Positions 10,563-18,703 of a DNA stretch of 64,000 nt are shown here, one piece after another. The notes below the pieces were generated by a model, which did no database searches, was not told where the DNA came from, and worked only from the letters and a program-made list of their open reading frames with translations. Each line of letters starts with the position of its first letter. The stretch's first letter is position 1. Made by a program: the position numbers and the translations under genes. Source of the DNA: an uncultured Gammaproteobacteria bacterium (lineage in GTDB: Bacteria > Pseudomonadota > Gammaproteobacteria > Steroidobacterales > Rariloculaceae); contig CAYLKA010000005.1 of assembly GCA_964384125.1 (NCBI GenBank), forward strand, positions 1,554-65,553. The letters are read 5' to 3'.

Positions 10563-12080
10563 GTGGTTAATTTTCCAAACCTCAGCGTCCTCATCTGGTT
10601 GCCGATCGTCGCGGGTATTTTCGTGCTGTTGTTGGGTTCCGAGGGGGAGGGTGCCCGTCGGGGCAAGATCGTCGCTCTAGTCTCCTCCATTTTAACGTTC
10701 GTCCTGAGCCTTCCGCTGTACAGCGGATTCGACATCGCTACCGCGGATATGCAGTTTGTGGAACGGATATCCTGGATAGCGGCTTTCGATGCCTACTACC
10801 ACCTGGGGGTGGACGGTATCTCCTTGCCCCTAATTCTGCTGACGACCTTTTTGACGCCGCTCGTTGTCATTGCGGGTTGGGAGGTGGTCAAGAAGCAACC
10901 CTCACAGTACTTTGCAGCCTTCCTGTTCCTCGAAGGCCTGATGATTGGTGTTTTCGCCTCGCTTGATGCTCTGCTGTTCTATGTTTTCTGGGAAGCGATG
11001 CTGGTACCGATGTTTATCATCATCGGGGTGTGGGGTGGGGAAAGACGCATCTATGCCACGGTGAAGTTTTTCCTATATACGTTCCTAGGTTCCGTATTTA
11101 TGCTGGTAGCGCTCATATATCTGTACCTGCAGGCGGGCACCTACGGAATCGAAGCTTTTCACCAGCTGCCGCTGACAATGCGCGAACAGATATTTATCTT
11201 TTTCGCCTTCCTCTTGGCATTTGCCGTCAAAGTGCCCATGTGGCCGGTGCACACTTGGTTGCCTGACGCGCACGTGGAGGCTCCGACGGGCGGCTCTGTG
11301 ATTCTTGCTGCGGTCTTGCTGAAGATGGGGGGTTACGGGTTCGTTCGTTTCAGCCTCCCAATCGCTCCGGATGCTAGCCAGATACTTGCGGGCATGATGA
11401 TCACTCTTTCTCTGATTGCGATTATTTATATCGCATTCGTAGCACTTGCCCAGAAGGATATGAAGAAGCTCATTGCGTACTCCTCCATTGCCCATATGGG
11501 TTTCGTGACGCTGGGTTTCTTCGTCGTGTTTGTGATTACAGCGAACGCAATGGGCGGGGATGGTGCACGTCTCGCGTTGCAGGGCGGTATGGTGCAGATG
11601 ATTTCGCACGGGCTTATATCTGGAGCACTGTTTCTGTGCGTCGGTGTAATGTATGACCGTCTGCACAGCCGACAGATAGATGATTACGGTGGCGTTGTGA
11701 CCACCATGCCGAAATTCGCAGTACTGATGGTCTTCTTTGCTTTGGCCAATGCGGGGCTACCGGGGACATCGGGGTTTGTCGGAGAGTTTCTCGTTATCCT
11801 CGGGAGTTTTCAGGCGAGCTTTTGGCTGGCATTCCTAGCCGGTACGACGTTGATCTTAGGCGCCGCTTATACCCTCTGGCTAGTCAAACGAGTGGTTTTT
11901 GGAGATGTGGGTAACGAGGGGGTCGCTTCACTTGAGGATATAGGCTCGCGGGAGTACTTCATGTTGGTGGTGCTTGCGATCGCTGTACTGGTCCTGGGTG
12001 TCTGGCCCGCCCCATTACTGGAAGTGATGGAGCAGACCCTCGGGAATTTACTCGAGCACGTCTCGCAATCGAAGCTATAG
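10563..12080 (+). CDS. nuoM: NADH-quinone oxidoreductase subunit M (antiporter-like)
   Basis: 505 aa with GTG start. VKVPMWPVHTWLPDAHVEAPTGGSVILAAVLLKMGGYG motif. Confidence 0.93.
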   Translation: MVNFPNLSVLIWLPIVAGIFVLLLGSEGEGARRGKIVALVSSILTFVLSLPLYSGFDIATADMQFVERISWIAAFDAYYHLGVDGISLPLILLTTFLTPLVVIAGWEVVKKQPSQYFAAFLFLEGLMIGVFASLDALLFYVFWEAMLVPMFIIIGVWGGERRIYATVKFFLYTFLGSVFMLVALIYLYLQAGTYGIEAFHQLPLTMREQIFIFFAFLLAFAVKVPMWPVHTWLPDAHVEAPTGGSVILAAVLLKMGGYGFVRFSLPIAPDASQILAGMMITLSLIAIIYIAFVALAQKDMKKLIAYSSIAHMGFVTLGFFVVFVITANAMGGDGARLALQGGMVQMISHGLISGALFLCVGVMYDRLHSRQIDDYGGVVTTMPKFAVLMVFFALANAGLPGTSGFVGEFLVILGSFQASFWLAFLAGTTLILGAAYTLWLVKRVVFGDVGNEGVASLEDIGSREYFMLVVLAIAVLVLGVWPAPLLEVMEQTLGNLLEHVSQSKL

Positions 12081-12089
12081 AGAATTCTA

Positions 12090-13514
12090 ATGCCTGACCT
12101 CACCCTGGCTGCAGCGGAAATTTTTCTCACGACAGCGATCTGCGTGATTTTGCTTGTCGACGCCTTCTTGGAACAGCGTCATCGCATGATGACTTTTCGG
12201 CTGGCGATTTTGGCACTGATCGGTGCTGCACTGTGTTCGGCTTTCATCGTTCCGGAAGGCTCGATCACGATACTCAACGAGGCGTTTATTGCAGATCCTG
12301 CGGGCAACATCCTAAAGCTCTTCTCATATTTAGTGGTTGCGCTGGTGTTTTTGTATTCGCGGGACTATCTGGTGCGTGCCGGGCTTTTCAAGGGCGAGTT
12401 TTTCATCCTTGGGCTCTTTGGCCTGCTAGGCGTCATGGTCATGATCTCGGCCAACAACCTTCTTATTCTTTATCTCGGATTGGAACTGTTATCTCTTTCT
12501 TTGTATGCGTTAGTGGCGTTCGACCGTGAGTCTGGCGTTGCTGCAGAGTCCGCCATGAAGTACTTCGTGCTAGGTGCGATCGCTTCAGGCACCCTGCTTT
12601 ATGGTATTTCAGTCCTCTACGGCGTAACGGGGACGATAGACATCGGTGGGCTGGCTGAGTATTTTGCGGCCTCGGATGGCCTGAATGTCCCTGCGATGCT
12701 CGGGCTCGCTTTTGTCACCGTAGGCGTAGCCTTCAAGTTCGGAGCTGTGCCTTTTCATATGTGGTTGCCCGATGTCTATCAGGGCTCACCTACACCGGTG
12801 ACGCTTTTCGTCGGAACCGCGCCGAAGATCGCAGCCTTTGCGCTGACCTGGCGCCTTCTAGTCGAGGGCTTAGGGGAGCTTCACGGTAGCTGGCAGGACA
12901 TGGTGATCGTGCTTTCAGTTTTATCCCTGGCAGTCGGTAACGTGGTCGCTATTGCACAGACCAATCTGAAACGGATGCTCGGCTACTCTACGATCTCGCA
13001 CGTAGGGTTCATTTTAATGGGGTTCGTCGCAGGCACGGAGGAGGGTATCCGAGCCGCTATGTTTTACACCCTCACGTACGTCCTCATGGCCGCTGCGGCT
13101 TTCGGGATGCTTATCGTTCTGAGCCGGAAAGGATTCGAGGCGGAGAACCTCGATGACTTCAAGGGCCTTAACGCCCGGAGTCCCTGGTTTGCCCTCATGA
13201 TGATGATGGTCATGTTCAGCATGGCGGGCGTGCCTCCGTTTGTAGGCTTCTATGCGAAGCTGGTCGTGCTGAGTAGCGTTCTGGATGCTGGTCTGGTCTG
13301 GTTGGCGGTTGCCGGCGTTATGTTCGCGGTAGTTGGCGCGTTCTATTATGTCCGCTTAGTCTGGTATATGTATTTCACCGAGCCGAACGAGGCTTCTGGG
13401 TTACAAGTGCCTAACGATCTGCGCGTTGTGCTTAGTGCCAATGTCCTCGGTTTGCTTGCATTGGGCCTTTTTCCAGGAGCGCTCCTGGATCTCTGTAGCA
13501 GGGTGTTGTCGTAA
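12090..13514 (+). CDS. nuoN: NADH-quinone oxidoreductase subunit N (antiporter-like)
   Basis: 474 aa. FKFGAVPFHMWLPDVYQGSPTPVTLF motif. Last gene of the operon. Confidence 0.93.
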   Translation: MPDLTLAAAEIFLTTAICVILLVDAFLEQRHRMMTFRLAILALIGAALCSAFIVPEGSITILNEAFIADPAGNILKLFSYLVVALVFLYSRDYLVRAGLFKGEFFILGLFGLLGVMVMISANNLLILYLGLELLSLSLYALVAFDRESGVAAESAMKYFVLGAIASGTLLYGISVLYGVTGTIDIGGLAEYFAASDGLNVPAMLGLAFVTVGVAFKFGAVPFHMWLPDVYQGSPTPVTLFVGTAPKIAAFALTWRLLVEGLGELHGSWQDMVIVLSVLSLAVGNVVAIAQTNLKRMLGYSTISHVGFILMGFVAGTEEGIRAAMFYTLTYVLMAAAAFGMLIVLSRKGFEAENLDDFKGLNARSPWFALMMMMVMFSMAGVPPFVGFYAKLVVLSSVLDAGLVWLAVAGVMFAVVGAFYYVRLVWYMYFTEPNEASGLQVPNDLRVVLSANVLGLLALGLFPGALLDLCSRVLS

Positions 13515-13571
13515 ACGTCCGACCCAGCCTTGCGGCTTACGACGCTCATTAGTATCATCCCGGCCCTCGAT

Positions 13572-13648
<77 letters not shown>

Positions 13649-13821
13649 TCTTTTCAGAGACGCAGCTCGGTTTTTCGGATGGTCGCTTCCCTCGAGAGAT
13701 ACGGTGAATGACCGCTTTTGACTGATAGCGGGCATTCAGATGCCCCTCCGGGGGAAGTGAGCAGTTGGGATCTTGGTGAACCTTTCTCAGGTTCCGATCC
13801 GGACAAAAGCAAGGGGGGGAC

Positions 13822-14829
13822 ATGAATAGAGCTCTCTTTTCGATTCTGATCAGCGGACTCGTGGGTTTGGCTCACGCACATCATTCTAATGACTATCACT
13901 TCGACCCTAACGTCGACGTCACCGTGGCGGGGACCGTTAGCGCATTCCGCTTCATTAACCCGCATGCGCGATTGTTGATCGATGTGACCAATGAGAATGG
14001 TGATATTGAGACCTGGGACTGCGAGATGAGCGGTGCTAACAGCCTGATGAGGCGGGGTTGGACGCAGGAAATCTTCCGACCCGGTGAAGAAATCGTCGTG
14101 CAGGGGATCGCTGCCCGGCGACACCCGACCGAGTGCTATTTCCATACAGCTGAGTTCGGCGACGGTAGGCGTCTTGCTCTGCGAGATTCTTTCGAAACAG
14201 AGGCAATGAACCCGCAGCCGGCAGCCGCGGAGCTCGCTAACGAAACCCTAGAATTCAATGGTATCTGGCGCTGGGCTCCACCCCCCAATTACAGTGGTGC
14301 GCCGCCCATCGGTTCTCCAAATCTTCTCGCGTGGGTACTGAACGAGGCCGGCCAACAGGCCCTCTCGCAATACGATCCCGTGGTCGACGATCCTGCACTT
14401 ATCTGCAGCCCCGTGAGTATCCGCCGCCTCTGGGGCAACACCGATTTGACCCAAATCGAACAGACGGATGAAGCTTTCGTCATCCGGCATGAATGGATGG
14501 ATGCCGTCCGAGAGGTTCATCTGGGTATGCGGGACCATCCGACGGATCTAGAGGAGAGTGTCCTGGGGCACTCTATCGGCTGGTATGAGGGCTCGACCCT
14601 CGTGATCGACACAATCGGCTACCAAGCCGGTGTGATAGCTCAGCGTCCCGGTCTACCGAACAGTAATCAACTTCACACGGTTGAACGCCTGACTCTCTCT
14701 GAGTCTGGCGATGCCTTCGAGATCACGATGATTTTTGAGGATCCGCTCTATTTCACAGATCAGCTGATTGAGGAACGCTCCTTCGTCGCATCCGATCAGA
14801 TGCCGCGGGGTTACAACTGTACGCATTAG
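13822..14829 (+). CDS. Exported fusion protein: family A (DUF6152-like HH/NPH domain) + family B domain
   Basis: 335 aa with a strong RBS (AAGGGGGGG). Signal peptide ends AHA|HH. The N-terminal half matches the small A proteins (HHSNDYHFD, FINPHARLLIDV, RRGW). The C-terminal half carries the B motifs (FNGIWRW, ICSPVSIRR, GHSIGWYEGSTLVIDT, VERLT, EDPLYFT, C-terminal Cys). Confidence 0.75.
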   Translation: MNRALFSILISGLVGLAHAHHSNDYHFDPNVDVTVAGTVSAFRFINPHARLLIDVTNENGDIETWDCEMSGANSLMRRGWTQEIFRPGEEIVVQGIAARRHPTECYFHTAEFGDGRRLALRDSFETEAMNPQPAAAELANETLEFNGIWRWAPPPNYSGAPPIGSPNLLAWVLNEAGQQALSQYDPVVDDPALICSPVSIRRLWGNTDLTQIEQTDEAFVIRHEWMDAVREVHLGMRDHPTDLEESVLGHSIGWYEGSTLVIDTIGYQAGVIAQRPGLPNSNQLHTVERLTLSESGDAFEITMIFEDPLYFTDQLIEERSFVASDQMPRGYNCTH

Positions 14830-14852
14830 CATCGGAGCGCTTAAACGTTATC

Positions 14853-14882
14853 TTGACCCTTTGAGAAGCAATCTCCTATGAT
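14853..14882 (+). promoter_or_regulatory. Candidate sigma70-type promoter (TTGACC-N18-TATGAT) upstream of the second family B gene
   Basis: TTGACC at 14853-14858 and TATGAT at 14877-14882 with an 18-nt spacer, 20-odd nt after the stop of the preceding gene. Downstream GGGGGAG RBS at about 14905 precedes GTG 14919. Confidence 0.35.
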
Positions 14883-14918
14883 CTTTTTCTGATGCTTCGA
14901 CTTCAGGGGGAGTCTTCC

Positions 14919-15719
14919 GTGAGATTTCGGTTCGTGCGGTTGATATTCGGTATTGCGGGGAGCTTTGCCCTTATGCCGATGGATAGCGTCGGTCAGATCG
15001 AAGCGACCACAGCCTACGAACCCATGTACACCACGGACGGTCATCCTGACTTACAAGGTGTTTGGCAGGTCCTTAACACGGCTGCGTGGGACCTTGAAGA
15101 CCATGGTGCGAGCCTCGGTGTGCCTGCAGGCTACGGCGTGGTGGAAGGGGGCGCCATCCCTTATCAGCCCTGGGCGCTCGAGAGGAAAGCGGAGAACTTC
15201 GAAAATCGAGACACGCTTGATCCGGAAAATAGGTGTTACTTGCCTGGTGTGCCCCGCATCACCTATATGCCATATCCGCTCCGGATCATCCAACAGGCCG
15301 ACAAGGTTTCGATTGCCTACGAGTACCTGCGCGCAGTGCGTTACATCTACATGAACGGCAATCCACATCCTCCGGGCCCTATCGAGTGGTGGATGGGGGA
15401 TTCGCGGGGGCGCTGGGAGGATCATTCCCTAGTCGTTGATGTTACCCATTTTAACGATCAAACGTGGTTCGATAGGGCGGGGAATTTTCACAGTAGCGCC
15501 CTGCATGTTGTTGAGCGCTATACGCTCACGGGGCCGAACCATATGCTCTACGAGGTCACGATTGAAGACCCGGAGGTCTTTACTCGGCCTTGGAAAATCA
15601 CCATGCCCCTTTACCGGCGCCAGGAAGCAAACAGTGAGCTATTGGAATACCAGTGTCATGCCTATCTCCTAGAGCAGGAATGGGACAATCCAGATTCGAC
15701 TTTTTTCGATCAAAACTGA
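14919..15719 (+). CDS. Exported uncharacterised protein, family B
   Basis: Motifs HPDLQGVW, IPYQPWAL, RCYLPGVPR, WMGDSRGRWEDHSLVVDV, VERYT, IEDPEVFTRPW, YQCH. GTG 14919 preferred because of the GGGGGAG RBS 7 nt upstream. The ORF-track ATG 14892 is the alternative. Confidence 0.75.
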   Translation: MRFRFVRLIFGIAGSFALMPMDSVGQIEATTAYEPMYTTDGHPDLQGVWQVLNTAAWDLEDHGASLGVPAGYGVVEGGAIPYQPWALERKAENFENRDTLDPENRCYLPGVPRITYMPYPLRIIQQADKVSIAYEYLRAVRYIYMNGNPHPPGPIEWWMGDSRGRWEDHSLVVDVTHFNDQTWFDRAGNFHSSALHVVERYTLTGPNHMLYEVTIEDPEVFTRPWKITMPLYRRQEANSELLEYQCHAYLLEQEWDNPDSTFFDQN

Positions 15720-15747
15720 GTTGGCTAGTAATGATAAAAGCAAAGCG

Positions 15748-16734
15748 ATGTGTCAGCTGAATCGTCGAGTAGGTGCTGTTGCGTTGACGGTTATGGTCTG
15801 GGTCCTTCTGCTAGGGCCCCGGGTGGGCGTTGGGCAGGGCTTTTGGGAGGATGCGGAGAAGCTCCCAATGGCGCCAACGTGGCTTGTGGAGAAGGCTGAG
15901 CTTCCGCCCTACAGTCCACCGATGACCCCGGAGGGAGTGCCTGACCTGCAGGGAGCCTGGGGTGGCCCCGGGGGTGACGCTTTGAGCTATCTCGAAGACC
16001 ATGACTTCGTGGACGTCACCACGCCGGCCCAGGAGACTTTTGTTTCCGATCCGCCGGATGGCAAAGTGCCCTATACACCCTGGGCATTAGCTAAACGCAA
16101 TGAGATTCTTGCTGGGTTGGGGCGAGGATGGGCCGGGGAGTCGACCGAGCGCCTTTACAGTAGTCCGGCCGCCTATTGTATAAGTTTCATGCCGAGGTTT
16201 GCGTTCACTGCGTTGGAGATCGTTCAGAAGCCCGGCTTTGTGATGATGCTCGGGGAAGAGGGGTACCGTGTGATCCCTACAGACGGGCGTTCGTCCATCA
16301 GCGAGGATGTGAAATTCTGGTATGGCAACTCACGGGGGCGATGGGAGGGGGATACCCTGGTCGTTGAGGTGAGCAGTCTGAATGGATTGGGCTGGTTGGA
16401 CAGCACGGGAATCTTTTTTACAGAGAATACCCGTATGACTGAGCGTTGGCGGCTGGTTGACCCGGATACGATCGATTATGAGATAACGATTGAAGATGAC
16501 ACGGTTTATACTAGGCCTTGGAAGATGAATTTTGCGAGGAGGCGTCCGGGTACTGGTCCGGACACCAGAAGAACGCGTCTAGCCAGCGCGGTTGAGCTAG
16601 ACGCCCCCCGCCTGGATGACCCGTACGCAGGGGAGATCTGGGAAGATGCATGCTATGAGGGGAATAGAGAGGGCCCGGCTGCTCTCCGGGAATTTGGCTA
16701 CGATTGGTTCAGAGGTGTTACGCCTCCGGAGTAG
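15748..16734 (+). CDS. Exported uncharacterised protein, family B (divergent paralog)
   Basis: Signal-like N-terminus MCQLNRRVGAVALTVMVWVLLLG. Motifs VPDLQGAW, VPYTPWAL, YCISFMPR, WYGNSRGRWEGDTLVVEV, TERWR, IEDDTVYTRPW, ACYEGN. Start is uncertain (TTG 15721 is the alternative). Confidence 0.72.
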   Translation: MCQLNRRVGAVALTVMVWVLLLGPRVGVGQGFWEDAEKLPMAPTWLVEKAELPPYSPPMTPEGVPDLQGAWGGPGGDALSYLEDHDFVDVTTPAQETFVSDPPDGKVPYTPWALAKRNEILAGLGRGWAGESTERLYSSPAAYCISFMPRFAFTALEIVQKPGFVMMLGEEGYRVIPTDGRSSISEDVKFWYGNSRGRWEGDTLVVEVSSLNGLGWLDSTGIFFTENTRMTERWRLVDPDTIDYEITIEDDTVYTRPWKMNFARRRPGTGPDTRRTRLASAVELDAPRLDDPYAGEIWEDACYEGNREGPAALREFGYDWFRGVTPPE

Positions 16735-16774
16735 TAAGATGTTTTTACAGTCGTGGTTTAGGGAGTTCAGGAAC

Positions 16775-17158
16775 ATGAAAAAGCAGACTCTTGAGTTTTT
16801 GGGTACTGTCGGTCTGCTATTGGTTGCAGTCCCCGTGGTAGCCCACCATTCCTTCGCGGCGGAATTCGACATAAACCAACCGATCGAGCTCCGAGGTAAG
16901 CTCACGAGTGTGGAGTTTGTGAATCCGCACGGGTGGTTGTATATCGATGTTGAAAACGAAGACGGTACCGTCACCAATTGGGCAATCGAGGCAGGTGGGG
17001 CCAATCAACTGCTGCGCCGTGGCCTCAGAGAGACCGATTTCCCACCCGGGATGGAGGTGATCGTTAATGGATTCCTTGCCCGAAGCGGAGAACCCGTGGC
17101 CAACGGCCGGGAGGTCCGCACGGTGGACGGCAGAAACTTCTTCTTGGGGACCGAATAG
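16775..17158 (+). CDS. Exported small protein, family A (DUF6152-like)
   Basis: 127 aa from ATG 16775. The upstream part of ORF 16616..17158 overlaps the previous gene and has no signal. Signal peptide ...VPVVA|HHSFAAEFD. FVNPHGWLYIDV and LRRGL motifs. Lies 40 nt after a family B gene. Confidence 0.8.
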   Translation: MKKQTLEFLGTVGLLLVAVPVVAHHSFAAEFDINQPIELRGKLTSVEFVNPHGWLYIDVENEDGTVTNWAIEAGGANQLLRRGLRETDFPPGMEVIVNGFLARSGEPVANGREVRTVDGRNFFLGTE

Positions 17159-17230
17159 GCTCCACTGAGTTTAGATAGGGCCTGTTTTTTTTGGGGATTT
17201 TCTTCCCTTAGCGGCGACCTTGCGTGGTTC

Positions 17231-17731
17231 CTAACGCGGAAACTCGAATGTAACGATCAACAGCGAGGGGTCAAATGCTGTGACCTGGTGCGGTACCCCT
17301 TCGGGGATTACCAGGAAGTCGCCACTGGATACTTCGTGCACAGTGCCACCCTCGATCCGTCTCACCGTCTGGCCGTTGTCGATGGTTTCCACAATTTGCC
17401 CGTCCGTCGTGATAGCTCCACTCCCGCCAATGATTGCCCAGAGTTCCGCTTCCGAGGCGTGTTGAGCGGCGCGCTGCGGCGGAGGTCGACGGTCCACGGC
17501 GAGTCGATAGGCTAGCCCCGAGTCGGTGGGCGGAGCGGCCCGTTCGAGAACGGTAGTGTTTGCGTAGGCTACATCTGGGTCCAGATCCGCTGCTTGTGCT
17601 GCCACGTCGGCGGCTGACAATAGGAATGCTCTCGTTGGGTCGTATGTAGTGCTGGGCTCATCCCCTTGCTGGCTAGAGGCGGTTACGGCGAAGAGTAGGA
17701 AGAGTGTTGCGGCGATGGCGATAGATCTCAT
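17231..17731 (-). CDS. Secreted cupin-fold protein (degenerate metal motif)
   Basis: 166 aa. Signal peptide MRSIAIAATLFLLFAVTASS. C-terminal cupin-like core QHASEAELWAIIGGSG ... GDFLVIPEGVPHQV. Confidence 0.5.
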   Translation of the reverse strand: MRSIAIAATLFLLFAVTASSQQGDEPSTTYDPTRAFLLSAADVAAQAADLDPDVAYANTTVLERAAPPTDSGLAYRLAVDRRPPPQRAAQHASEAELWAIIGGSGAITTDGQIVETIDNGQTVRRIEGGTVHEVSSGDFLVIPEGVPHQVTAFDPSLLIVTFEFPR

Positions 17732-17872
17732 GCTGTCCTCCGGGGGGGTTGAGCGGCCGGATTGACGTTCCCCCGGACAATCTTACAGCACCTAAAGGTT
17801 ATCCTGGTCAGGTATCCTCAGAATGCGGCATTAGCGGTACACTGTTTGGGTCATTCCGAGTAGGCTCAATAG

Positions 17873-18673
17873 ATGCAGAAAGCTCGAGCTCCAGCCCTGC
17901 TGTTTGTGATCCTCGCCCTGGTTGCTGCCACTGTGTCGGGGCAGAGCCTGGAAATCCCGCGAGCTTGGGACGATCGTCCGGATCTGAATGGTATCTGGCA
18001 GGCCATCGGAACGGCACACTGGGACATTCAGGACCATCCCGCGGGCGGGGGACCGCCAGAGATGGGCGCGATTGGCGCTATTCCGCCCGGGCAGGGTGTT
18101 GTGGTGGGAAATGAGATCCCCTACCAACCGTGGGCCTTGGAGCAGAAGCAGCAGAATTTCGAGAATCGCTATACCGAGGATCCGGAGATCAAGTGCTACT
18201 TACCCGGTGTTCCCCGGGCGACCTATCTGCCCTATCCATTTCAGATTCTGCAGGGTACCAATAAGATCATGATGGTCTATGGGTTCGCCGAGGCGAGTCG
18301 CACCATCCACATGGATAAGGAGAATCCGGAGCCTGCGCCCATCGATAGCTGGATGGGGCGTTCTCATGGCCGATGGGAGGGTGACACGCTCGTGGTTGAC
18401 GCCGCAGGGTTCAACGGCCAGTCCTGGTTTGACCGGGCCGGTAACTTCGCTAGCGACACACTGCATGTTATCGAACGGTACACGCACCTTGGTCGCGATG
18501 CCCTCATGTATGAGGCGACGATTGAGGACCCGAACGTATTCACACGGCCCTGGACGATTCGAATGCCGCTTTACCGACGACTGGAAGAAGGTGCGCAGGT
18601 TCTGGAATTTAAGTGCGTGGAGTTTACGGAGAGTATGCTTTACGACCACCTGCGAAGGCAGCCGACTGGGTAG
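17873..18673 (+). CDS. Exported uncharacterised protein, family B
   Basis: 266 aa. Signal peptide MQKARAPALLFVILALVAATVSG. Motifs RPDLNGIW, IPYQPWAL, KCYLPGVPR, WMGRSHGRWEGDTLVVDA, IERYT, IEDPNVFTRPW, FKCVEF. Closest paralog of 14919..15719. Confidence 0.78.
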   Translation: MQKARAPALLFVILALVAATVSGQSLEIPRAWDDRPDLNGIWQAIGTAHWDIQDHPAGGGPPEMGAIGAIPPGQGVVVGNEIPYQPWALEQKQQNFENRYTEDPEIKCYLPGVPRATYLPYPFQILQGTNKIMMVYGFAEASRTIHMDKENPEPAPIDSWMGRSHGRWEGDTLVVDAAGFNGQSWFDRAGNFASDTLHVIERYTHLGRDALMYEATIEDPNVFTRPWTIRMPLYRRLEEGAQVLEFKCVEFTESMLYDHLRRQPTG

Positions 18674-18703
18674 TGCTAACGAATCGCGGAGGTATATCGC
18701 AAC

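Noticed and set aside
242-12130. Many 60-190-aa ORFs antisense to or out of frame with the nuo genes (for example 991..1320, 2134..2571, 3620..3985, 8309..8695, 8984..9388, 11085..11666).
   Set aside because: They lie entirely within strongly supported nuo coding regions. Their Arg/Ser/Pro-rich, low-complexity translations are typical of shadow ORFs in GC-rich DNA.
13654-14145. 163-aa minus-strand ORF covering the gap after the tRNA and the start of the first family A-B gene. Also 13426..13707 and 13605..13823, which overlap the tRNA.
   Set aside because: They overlap the tRNA-fMet and/or a well-supported plus-strand gene. No RBS and no recognisable motifs.
16616-16774. N-terminal extension of the family A gene (ORF-track start 16616).
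   Set aside because: The extension overlaps the preceding family B gene and would bury the signal peptide. ATG 16775, preceded by GGGAG, gives a canonical exported protein like its paralogs.
17156-17192. Run of eight T residues (17185-17192) after the family A gene stop, as a possible terminator between convergent genes.
   Set aside because: The preceding hairpin is only about 4 bp (AGGC/GCCT) with an 18-nt loop. That is too weak to call an intrinsic terminator with confidence.
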